NCBI GenBank assembly: GCA_963707985.1
Contig: CAVPRW010000011.1
Coordinates: 64,001-128,000 of the forward strand
Direction of reading: 5' to 3'
From: an uncultured Nitrospinota bacterium
Lineage (GTDB): Bacteria; Tectomicrobia; Entotheonellia; J063; CAVPRW01
Length of the DNA: 64,000 bases
The notes under the pieces were generated by a model that was given only the letters and a program-made list of their open reading frames with translations, did not search any database and had not been told where the DNA came from. Each line of letters starts with the position of its first letter. Positions within the stretch are counted from its first letter, which is position 1. Made by a program: the position numbers and the translations under genes. This document shows, piece by piece, positions 55,889 to 64,000 of the stretch.

Positions 55889-56778
55889 ATGAATCTCGAC
55901 CTACCCACCTGTGGCCCAACCAAACCGACCGCCTCGGGACACCTGCAATGGGAAGTGACGTCGTACCTACTCCTGGGTGGTCGTGGCCGGGATCATCGCC
56001 CTGATCATCTGGAGTGCCATTGGGACTGGAGCCGATCTGCGGGTGTTCTTATACCGTGACGCGTGGTTCCAGATGGGCACGTTTGTGAATGGCCTTTTCC
56101 CCCCTGACCTCTCGGCAAAATTCCTGCGCGGCACGCTCTGGAGCGGTGTCGAGACCATGGCGCTGTCGCTCATGGGCACGGTCCTGGCCGTGCTCATCGC
56201 GCTACCGCTGGGAATCGTCTCCAGCCGAACCGTTCTCGGCGATATCCACAGCGACGCTGACAGGCGGTTGCGGCCCGGTGCCCGTCTGTTGCGAGCGATT
56301 CCCGTACTGGGGCAGCACGCTGGGACTCAATCTGCTGCGTTCCATTCCAGAGCTCTTCTGGGCGCTGATCTTCATTCTAGCCGTCGGGCTTGGGCCGTTT
56401 GCGGGGGTGCTGGCGCTGGGGTTTCACACGGGGGGCGTGCTCGGCAAACTCTTCTCGGAGGTCATCGAGGACGTCAATCCGCAGCCGATCGAGGCGTTGC
56501 AGGGCACGGGTGCTTCCATGGCCGCGGTGCTCGCTTATGGGATCTTTCCTCTGGCCCTGCCGCAGTTAGTCTCCTACACCCTGTACCGCTGGGAGGTGAA
56601 TATTCGCGCTGCCGCCATCATCGGGGTCGTGGGCGCAGGCGGCATCGGCCGGGATATCTACGTGGCGATCAGCCTGTTCCAGTATCAGCAACTCCTGACC
56701 CTGTTGTTGATGACGTTGATCATCGTCACCCTGGTGGACTATCTCAGCGCCTGGGTGCGAGCGCTGCAGCGCGTGTGA
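55889..56778 (+). CDS. PhnE-type permease 2 (frameshifts near 55965 and 56285)
   Basis: FPPD, RSIPELFWAL, GLGP, LGKLFSE and LYRWEVNIR motifs. Confidence 0.82.
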
Positions 56779-57382
56779 GGCCGTCGTGCGGCGAGCGTCT
56801 TTCGGCCGAGCTTGGCGAGCGCCGTATCGACCAGGCGCTCATAATAGGCCTTTCGCAGGTCAAGATCGCCGATCAAGTGGCGGATGCGCTGACGCTCTCG
56901 GCCAAGCTTCTCTAGCAGTCTGCCATATTCAGGGCCATAGGTCTCTTCGAGTTGCATGCGAATCCGTTTGGCCAGCGTCGGGCTGTGCCCGCCAGTCGAG
57001 ATGGCGATTTGCAGTGCACCACGCCGCACGATGGCTGGGGCGATGAAGTCACAGGCTTCTGGCGTATCGACGATGTTCACCCAGACGTCGTGGGCCCGTG
57101 CCGCTTTGCACACGGCCGTATTGACCTCCGCTTGATCGGTGGCGCCGATGACCAGCGTACAACCCAGGACATCGTCGGCGCGAAAAGGATCGAGACTGAT
57201 AGGTCAATGAGGCCCTGCGCCACCAGGGTCGCCAGGGCCTCACAGAGCGCAGGGCTGACTACCACAACCAGCGCGTCGGCGTCGAGCAACCCCTGTACCT
57301 TACGCGTGGCAATTTCCCCGCCGCCAACGACCAGGCAGCGTTTCCCTTGCAAATCGACGAACATTGGATAATAGCTCGGCAT
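56739..57382 (-). CDS. Precorrin-2 dehydrogenase/ferrochelatase (SirC / CysG N-terminal part), frameshifted
   Basis: YYPMF.DL, VVGGG.IATRK, VNIVD.P..CDF and ISTGG.SP motifs. Confidence 0.85.
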
Positions 57383-57384
57383 GT

Positions 57385-57419
57385 CCCCCTCACCCTGCCC
57401 CTCTCCCAGCGGGAGAGGG
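57385..57419. repeat. BoxC/REP-like element
   Basis: ccctcaccctgcccctctcccagcgggagaggg; related to 3455-3547. Confidence 0.6.
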
Positions 57420-57512
57420 CATACTCATTGAGGCGCTTCACCTGGTGCTTTGGTTCCTAAAGGAGATCACCAACGTAGGTTACGCTGGAGCATCACCCTC
57501 CGTCAATGCTCT

Positions 57513-59241
57513 TTAGCGCGCCGGCACACGCTGTTGGAGTTGGTCCGCCCCGAGGCGATAGCAAAAGTCGCTGAAGCTTTCGCCCGATAGCCGTTCGCGT
57601 CGATAGAGGCTGAATAGGCCCTTAATAGTGGGGCCAACGTGATCATCGCGCACGCGCTGGCGGAACGGTAACGCCAACCGTGGTGTCGTCCCATCCATGG
57701 CTCCACCGATGCGAATATCAAAGTACTCATGGCCATCGGCCTGGCGTTTGAGGGCTCCCCACAGCCCGATGCCGCCGATCGCAGAGAACGCGCAGGAGTT
57801 CGGGCACCCGGTGATGTTGATGGGGACAGGGAGGTCGCCATACCCGGCATTTTCCAGCTCAAGCAAGAGTTGGGGCAGAAAAAGCTTGGCCTCGGTGAAG
57901 GAAAGCGGGCAATAACGCGCCACCTCGCCGGGGAAATCGAGTGATGCCGTGTGATACACACCGACGCAGGCGTGCGCCTGAGCGCGCAAGGGAGAGACGG
58001 CATCTTCGGTCGGGATGCCGTGGTCCTCGAGTCGCTGCCTGATGTCGGAAATGTCACCGGCCGCGATATCCGTCAGTATCAGATCCTGATTGACGCTAAA
58101 GCGCACGCCAAGGCGATAGTCCCGCACCAGGTTGCGGAAAAACACCAGGTTGCTGCCACCCAGGGCTTTGTCATGCTTGCCGGTTACTTGACCGTCCTCG
58201 CTGATCTCGCCATTGGCGATCGGCAGCCCCCAGTAGAATCGGCCTGGTTGGCGTTGGGCATGCAAACCCAAGTGCGTGGCGACACGGTAATGAGGTATCG
58301 GGACGCGGTGACGCCAGTTCAATCCCGAGGCCTTGTTGGGTTAGCCGCTCATAGCACCGCATCCCTGAAGCTGTTCGATCCCCCAGCGCTCCACCAGATA
58401 TTTGAGCCGTGCCTGCTTACGATTCTCACGATTACCGTGATCGCGCTGCACTTCGACGATGGCTTGCACCACTGGGAGGACATGCTCCTCTGCCACCATA
58501 CCGAGTGGTTGGCCCAAAGACGGGTGGGTCGACGGTTTCAGCGGTGTGCTGCCGAGTCCTCCCCCAACCAGCACATTAAAGCCATCGATCCCGGAAGGGG
58601 AGGCAGGGTTGACCACGGCGATGAGCCCGACGTCATTGGTGTGTGGGAACGTGCAGTTATCCGTCGAGAGGGCCACCCCAATCTTGAATTTCCTGGGTAA
58701 GAGCGCCTCGCCATAGATGGGATTGACGGCGGGAAGGTCTGGAGGCATCAACTTCTCGGGAACGAAAATCTCAAAATAGGCCGGGGCATTGAGGAGGAAG
58801 GCATCCGAGAGGCGTTTGGTCAGCCGCGTGGGTGTCGTAGGGAGAGTCGTGATCGAGATCGCTCACTGGGCAGGTGGTAACGTTCCGTACGACATCGCCA
58901 CAGGCGCCTTGCGTGGTGCTCCACAGGCTGTCAAGGAGGCTGATAATGTCACGTAGATGCTGGGCACGGACGTTGTGGAACTGCACATCCTGGCGTGTGG
59001 TGATCATGAACTGACTGTTCGCATAGCGCAGGGCGATCTCACTGACTGCCAGGTATTGTTCCGTGGTAAACCGCCCGCCGGGGATCTTCAGGCGCACCAT
59101 ATTGCCTTCTTGTTGCTGGTAGATGCCAAAATGCTTCATCCGTTGGGCATCATCTTTGGCGAAACGCGCCTCGTCCCGCTCGATCGTGCCAGCGATCCCA
59201 CCCGCTAATCCCTGCCGCTTCAGGACTTCCACCGATGCCAT
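57513..59241 (-). CDS. Siroheme sulfite/nitrite reductase (CysI/Sir-like), multiple frameshifts
   Basis: HFGIYQQ, MVRLKIPGG, TTRQDVQFH, CGDVVRNV, LPRKFKI, ARLKYL, ACVG...CPLS and TGCPNSC motifs. Confidence 0.85.
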
Positions 59242-59265
59242 GGATGTTCTCCCCTATCATGGGCG

Positions 59266-59298
59266 AAAAAAAGGCTAAGGGCAACCGTCCCTTAGCCT
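59266..59298 (-). terminator. Intrinsic terminator/attenuator upstream of the reductase
   Basis: Minus strand aggctaaggg-acggttg-cccttagcct followed by a T run. Confidence 0.8.
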
Positions 59299-59340
59299 CC
59301 AGATGTCTGGTCAGCTGTATTTCCCGTCAAGACTCGTGGA

Positions 59341-59502
59341 TCACACCAGACGAATTCTCTCGACCTTATCGATTTGGACCACTTTCGAATCTTGTATGAC
59401 GATCTGTACCGACCCGTGGCGAATCTCGCGAATGGCATGAAGTATCAGCCGAATCACCTGAGCTTCCTCAGGCCGCAGTTCCTGTGCAGGTGGATTTTGC
59501 AT
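59341..59502 (-). CDS. YezD/DUF2292 (OscA-like) small protein, 53 aa, missing from the ORF track
   Basis: Manual translation MQNPPAQELRPEEAQVIRLILHAIREIRHGSVQIVIQDSKVVQIDKVERIRLV. Confidence 0.82.
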   Translation of the reverse strand: MQNPPAQELRPEEAQVIRLILHAIREIRHGSVQIVIQDSKVVQIDKVERIRLV

Positions 59503-59564
59503 CAGCTACCCTGCTCCCGTGTGGGTCTTAAAATAAATCATAACCTTCCAGACGTCGAGAGATG

Positions 59565-59593
59565 AAAATAAAATACCCGAAGAAATATGTCAA
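59565..59593 (-). promoter_or_regulatory. Putative sigma70 promoter of the yezD-reductase operon
   Basis: TTGACA (59593-59588), 17 bp spacer, TATTTT (59570-59565). Confidence 0.6.
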
Positions 59594-59697
59594 GAATTTT
59601 TTATTAGACTGTGTAGTTCTCCTAGCTAAACAAAATTGAAGGCGGGAAAATCAATGGAGTACTTCGGCACTCGATAGCTAAACGGTGAACAGGAAAA

Positions 59698-60530
59698 GGC
59701 TCAATATGCGTTTAGAGGAGCGAGGCCAGCAAGAGCTCCAGCAACGTTCCTCGTAACGCTTTGCCTCGTCGTCTCACCTTGTGGACAAACTCAAAGCACT
59801 CCCAATACCGTGGCAAGTATTCCTGCGAGATGCCGCGATGCGGACGCAGCCACGACCTGAGCAGCGACCAAAAGCCTTCTATCATAGTAACATGAACCGC
59901 ATGCAAGCCATCGCCGTCGTCATCCCGTGCGTCTCCGCCACGCCCATGACAGACGGTTTAGTGCGCATAACCCCACGGCTCCAAGCGGCTGTAGATATCG
60001 TATGCATCAAGGTCAATACAGGTACCCGGTGCAGTCGCGGCCTCGATGAAGGACTTGATCGTGATGTGTTGGACGGTTTCCACCAGACGAATGATCACCT
60101 CACCACCACGTTGCATCATCCCGAAGATCGGACGTTTCTCGGTGGCAAGCGTCCCTCGTCCCTGCTGGTCCTTGAGCCGTCTGCGCCGTCCGCGTCGCCC
60201 TTGTTTACCACCTCATCAGGCTTGCCCTTGTGACCAGCAACCATGTCGACCTCGTCACATTCGACCCCCTCTCGTACGGTCGGATAGGGCTTCTTCGTGA
60301 CCATACCTTGGCGCCGCCGACGGGTCATCTGATGTACATCGTCTTTGTTGCGGTCGAGTGCTTGAGCCATGTGGTGGTTCGAGAGGTTGAGTCCCATGAA
60401 GTACAGACACAGAATCCAGACCCGCAGAGGTTCATGAGGACCAGCAAAATCGTCTCAGTCACATCGTTGAAGCGTCGACGACAGGACTTGCCATGGTAGC
60501 GCTGACGCTCGGGTTGGGTCTCGTCGGGCC
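59698..60530 (-). mobile_element. Degenerate IS1595-family remnant
   Basis: Fragments VECDEV..VAGHKG, EGFWSLLRSWLRPHRGISQ and a Zn-ribbon remnant; multiple frameshifts. Confidence 0.8.
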
Positions 60531-60566
60531 TCGCTCTCTCTAAAAAACCCTTGGCACTGGAAGTCA

Positions 60567-60625
60567 TATCAACGCCTGGCATAAGCCGCGCACTTCATCG
60601 TGTCGGTTCCATGCCTTGGTTAGGC
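60567..60625 (-). other. attC: attC site (59 bp)
   Basis: GCCTAAC caa ggcatggaaccgac...gcggcttatgcc aggc GTTGATA; the upstream gene's stop codon lies in R''. Confidence 0.8.
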
Positions 60626-61132
60626 CTCCTTTGCGCGAGCCAGGAATCTCTTGACCTCTGCCTGAGACCGCAACCAGATGACCTTCTTGCTCTGTGCACT
60701 CTCCCTTAACATCTCTGTAATCTGCGGCCTCGTCCTGCTTTTGTAACGCCACACCCAACGTATGAACCCCAAGTCTAGCCGTTCCCGACACCCTTCAGCC
60801 ATATCCGGCCTGGTCCTGCTTCGGTACAGTATCTGCCGCTTCAGCACACGCCATAAACAGATCGGGAGCGCTATATCTAAGAAAATCACCGTGTCACACT
60901 TCCCAATCCTTAGGTCAAGCGTATTCGAGTAATTCCCGTCGATGATCCACGCCTCTCGCCTCAGCACCTCTTCGATGACTTTCCGCCACTCGGCTCTTGG
61001 CGTTTCAATCCATCCAGGATGCCAATAGAGCGCATCCAGATGGATGACGTCGATGTTGAGGAGGGTACCCAAATGTCTGGCAAAGGTGGATTTGCCCGCC
61101 CCACCTGAGCCAATGACGAGAACTTTCCTCAT
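60620..61132 (-). CDS. FlaR / adenylate-kinase-like 'topology modulation' protein (cassette)
   Basis: VIGSGGAGKST, HLD..YW.PGW, WIIDGNY and RPDMAEGC.E motifs. Confidence 0.88.
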   Translation of the reverse strand: MRKVLVIGSGGAGKSTFARHLGTLLNIDVIHLDALYWHPGWIETPRAEWRKVIEEVLRREAWIIDGNYSNTLDLRIGKCDTVIFLDIALPICLWRVLKRQILYRSRTRPDMAEGCRERLDLGFIRWVWRYKSRTRPQITEMLRESAQSKKVIWLRSQAEVKRFLARAKEA

Positions 61133-61186
61133 GTTTTTCCTAGTACTGGCATGGCCATCTCGCGCCCCGTTAAGCCGCCTGCGGCG

Positions 61187-61298
61187 GCTTAACGGCCAGG
61201 CGTCAGCGGCGGGGGCAAAAACACCTCCGACTTCTGACTGGCTACCAAGCCGCCCACCGCCGCTGTCCCTTCCCGTCCGCTGCACGCCTGTGTTGGCC
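61187..61298 (-). other. attC: attC site
   Basis: GGCCAAC acaggcgtgcagcggacggg ... cccgccgctgacgcctggcc GTTAAGC. Confidence 0.85.
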
Positions 61299-61780
61299 AC
61301 TGCTGTCTCTCGACTGTGCGCTTGTCGGCGACAGGGTTTCGAAGGGATTGATGATTCGCACCTGATTCTCTACCACTAACCCATGTTGCATATCTTCTGA
61401 GTAGAGCACTGAAACGCCAGCATGCAAGGCACTCGAGACGATGGTGCTGTCCCAGAAAGAGAAGGCGTATTGCTTCCGTAAGGTCGAAGCCTTCAACAAT
61501 AGCCCTTTGTTCACCTCGATAACCGCATACTTGGCATAAAAAGACTCGATTAATTGCTGCACGTGCTGCTCTGAGAACTGTACTTTCTTGAGCAGATTGA
61601 CACACACTTCATTTCATTGATCACCTGGGGACTCACAATCACTGCACGGCTTACTTCCAGCAGGGACTGGGCACGAGCGGATTTTCTGAGATCATCCCCT
61701 TCGACGAATGCATAGAGCCAGATATTCGTGTCCACACAACAGCTTGCAGGCTCCGTGTCAGGAACGCTCATGCATCTCAT
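61242..61780 (-). CDS. PIN toxin (frameshift near 61610)
   Basis: VDTNIWLY, SPQVINE, FSFWDS and YSEDMQHG motifs. Confidence 0.82.
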
Positions 61781-61940
61781 CTCTTGTGAACGGCTTGAAG
61801 TCGGCCACTTTGAGGGGGTGCTTCAGGAGCTGGTCAATGAGGTTCCCTGTTGTACTTTCTTCCTCAGCCAGGAGGATCACCCGAACGCACTCTTTGAACC
61901 GATGTTTATACACCTCGGGGATTTCAATGGCCGTTGAGAA
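61758..61940 (-). pseudogene. Antitoxin, probably 5'-truncated
   Basis: IEIP....F...VRVIL...FKPFTRDEMHER; overlaps the PIN start. Confidence 0.6.
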
Positions 61941-61988
61941 GATCGCCGCCAAGGAACACGCCATGGCCGCCGCGTGAGTGTACCAATC

Positions 61989-62177
61989 TCATGTGGACCG
62001 ATTTAGGTGTCCATCGGATTCGAGTGCGCGACGAAGCTCGCGGCGCGTGTGGGCTACGAGGGTTTCTGCTGTTGGCGCTGGGCCCCAAATCAGGATCGAT
62101 ACCGGTACGGCTGCAATCTTCGCCAGGGTCTGTCGCCGTCGTTGCTCGACAACTGCCTCAAACGAGTCATCACTCAT
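61989..62177 (-). pseudogene. Cassette ORF fragment of unknown function
   Basis: RBS-preceded ATG after the attC; short 62-aa ORF. Confidence 0.4.
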
Positions 62178-62253
62178 TCACGATCCTCCGCCTATGTCGG
62201 GAGACTTACTATGACTCTACATACTCCCATCCACCATCCCTACGCACGATGTG

Positions 62254-62339
62254 GCCGAACGCTAGAACTCACCCGTCGCCGGAAGCGGAGCGAGGCACGA
62301 GCGAAGTTGTAGGCGGTCGGGTGCAGTGACTTGTTCGGC
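62254..62339 (-). other. attC: attC site
   Basis: GCCGAAC aagtcactgcacccgaccgcc ... ggcgacgggtgagttctagc GTTCGGC. Confidence 0.88.
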
Positions 62340-62385
62340 AAGCCGAGGTGGGCAAGGGACGTACGTGCTGCTCCCAGTGTGCCTT

Positions 62386-62628
62386 TTAGAACCGGTCACG
62401 CGGCTCTGGCTCTATGTCTGGCACCTTGGCTAGCACGGCTTCAAACTTCTCCAGGCTCCCTCGTTTCGCCCGTTCTCGCAGGTACTCGACTGTTGTGAGC
62501 GCTGCCACCTTCTCGGCCACTGCGGTGGCAATAAACTGGTTGAGCGAGATCCCGTCTTGTTGGGCCAGCTTGCAGACTTGTTTGTAGAGTGACTCTGGCA
62601 AATTCAGACTGACCGTACTCATGATCAC
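62386..62628 (-). CDS. RHH/HicB-like antitoxin
   Basis: SLNLPESL, GISLNQFI..AVAEK and VPDIEP motifs. Confidence 0.85.
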   Translation of the reverse strand: MIMSTVSLNLPESLYKQVCKLAQQDGISLNQFIATAVAEKVAALTTVEYLRERAKRGSLEKFEAVLAKVPDIEPEPRDRF

Positions 62629-63062
62629 ACCCCTATAGCTTCCAGAAACGCTTTTGGCGTCACGACAGCGATGCCAAACTGTTCTGCCCCACGAAAGTTG
62701 CGTGTGTTATAGGTGACAATGTACTGGCACCGGGCTTTGACCGCCAGTTCCAGGAGCATCTCATCTTTGGGGTCGGTCAGCATCGGACGCCAGAGGAAAA
62801 ATATCTCATGGAGATGGGCGATGGTACACAGGAAGTCAAGAAAGTCCGCAATATCAGTGGTTGTGAGTTCCATCGCGCGTTGGTGCTGTCGGAGTACCTC
62901 CTCATATTCGCACACGAGGGGAACCGAGAGGTTAATCTCGAACGACGCTGCGGACAGCAGTGAGACGAGGCGAAACGCCGCGCCTCGCCGTGAGCGCAAG
63001 GCGGCAACGAGGACATTCGTGTCAAGGACAATCTGCGGCTTCATGGGGGTATGATATGCCAC
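62625..63062 (-). CDS. PIN-family toxin
   Basis: VLDTNVLV, EYEEVL, DPKDEM and IVTYN motifs. Confidence 0.88.
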   Translation of the reverse strand: MAYHTPMKPQIVLDTNVLVAALRSRRGAAFRLVSLLSAASFEINLSVPLVCEYEEVLRQHQRAMELTTTDIADFLDFLCTIAHLHEIFFLWRPMLTDPKDEMLLELAVKARCQYIVTYNTRNFRGAEQFGIAVVTPKAFLEAIGV

Positions 63063-63098
63063 CGCAACAAGCCTGGCAACTGCTGAAACGTCAAGGCT

Positions 63099-63210
63099 GC
63101 CGAACGCGAAAGCTCAGCGGCGGTCGACGAAACCACCACTGACCCACATCTGTACCAACAACGTCGGCACCGCCACTATCCCGCCCGTCCACTGCAGTGT
63201 GTGGTTAGGC
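63099..63210 (-). other. attC: attC site
   Basis: GCCTAAC cacacactgcagtggacgg ... ccgccgctgagctttcgc GTTCGGC. Confidence 0.8.
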
Positions 63211-63375
63211 CGGAATCTGTTTGTAGGAGAAACTTGGCATCTCGGCTCGCTCATGTGCGGACTCCATCGTCATACCGGAAACGTTACCATCATGTTCAAA
63301 ATCGAGGAGCGTATTCTCATCAATTTCATCGCGCAGAGCCTCGGCTAGGAACTCGATGGAATCCGGGGTGATCGG
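63205..63375 (-). pseudogene. DUF2283-like remnant
   Basis: Manual translation ...IEFLAEALRDEIDENTLLDFEHDGNVSGMTMESAHERAEMPSFSYKQIPA*, with the stop in R''; no start codon. Confidence 0.6.
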
Positions 63376-63377
63376 CC

Positions 63378-63884
63378 TTATGTTTCCTTAAGAAGCTTCT
63401 CCAGCATCTCCCAGGTATTGTAGGTCTCCGTGACAGCCTGAAGATAGATAGGCCAACTGATCTCGAAGTATGCGGAAAGCAAACTCAGCCATGTGCCGAG
63501 GATTTGAGCACGATTCGATAGTGACACCAGCCGTTCGTAGGGCTTGCCCAGAACTTTCCGCTTCGCCTCAAGCTGAGCTTGAAGATGCCCGGCCTGGAAT
63601 ATCTGGACTTCCGCTGTGAACCGAGAGGTGCGTTCGCCAAGATTCGAGATCTCGATTTGTAGGTGGAGCCGTTTGTCGCTGATCGTGGACTGTTGCAGCT
63701 GAGCCTTGTTCCAGACGGAGCGCGCCTCGGTGGCGATGGCTCCGTAACTCCTGATGAACTCATCGACTGGGTCAGCCTCTGCGCTCCGGGAGGTGAGCAC
63801 TGCCGTTGCCGTCAGTGCGATGAGCAGGGTAATACGGTTTCTTATCGTCAGCATTCTTCTCCCCGGCATGGGATAGACGTTCAC
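63378..63884 (-). CDS. Secreted helical hypothetical protein
   Basis: Signal-peptide-like LLIALTATAVLT..AEA; 168-aa ORF. Confidence 0.55.
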   Translation of the reverse strand: MNVYPMPGRRMLTIRNRITLLIALTATAVLTSRSAEADPVDEFIRSYGAIATEARSVWNKAQLQQSTISDKRLHLQIEISNLGERTSRFTAEVQIFQAGHLQAQLEAKRKVLGKPYERLVSLSNRAQILGTWLSLLSAYFEISWPIYLQAVTETYNTWEMLEKLLKET

Positions 63885-64000
63885 TCTGTTTTCGCGAGGA
63901 ATTGGCGGATTCCCTCAATGGCGAGTCGCACCTCTTGCGTGGTCTTGGTGAAATCAGTCGGGCTGTGGGCTGCTTTGTTGCGATCTTTTCCCCATGACTC

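Noticed and set aside
50564..56778. Phosphonate utilisation (phn) operon
   Set aside because: No C-P lyase, phosphonatase or phosphite dehydrogenase genes nearby; the context is sulfur carriers.

Overview
GC-rich bacterial window. The gene families resemble those of Tectomicrobia/Entotheonella-like or deltaproteobacterial genomes (inference). Many single-base frameshifts occur even in essential genes, which suggests an unpolished long-read assembly. 1-12 kb is housekeeping: glyA end, purSL, purQ, purB, dcd, ispH fused to a UbiA-like domain, serS, argS, pabA/trpG. 13.8-21.7 kb is an integron with an unusually long IntI, a probable attI, an ORF-less cruciform first unit, an SDR cassette whose attC is split by an IS110/IS1111 element, two toxin-antitoxin cassettes and an intact IS630. 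21.7-50 kb is accessory: a TIR protein, Uma2, beta-propellers, VOC and TPP enzymes, a STAND regulator, a Dsr1-like sirtuin and hydrolases. 50-59.6 kb is a sulfur/chalcogen island. A PhnCDE-type transporter operon has a TusA / DsrE / TusA-OsmC / core MetE-like module between its two permeases. It converges on a sulfite reductase-siroheme operon headed by an unannotated YezD/DUF2292 small ORF and an attenuator. 59.7-64 kb is a degraded IS1595 and a second, minus-strand attC cassette array. Dead elements show a strong A>C/T>G substitution bias. The best candidates for an undescribed system are the TusA-DsrE-OsmC-MetE module and the YezD-attenuator leader.
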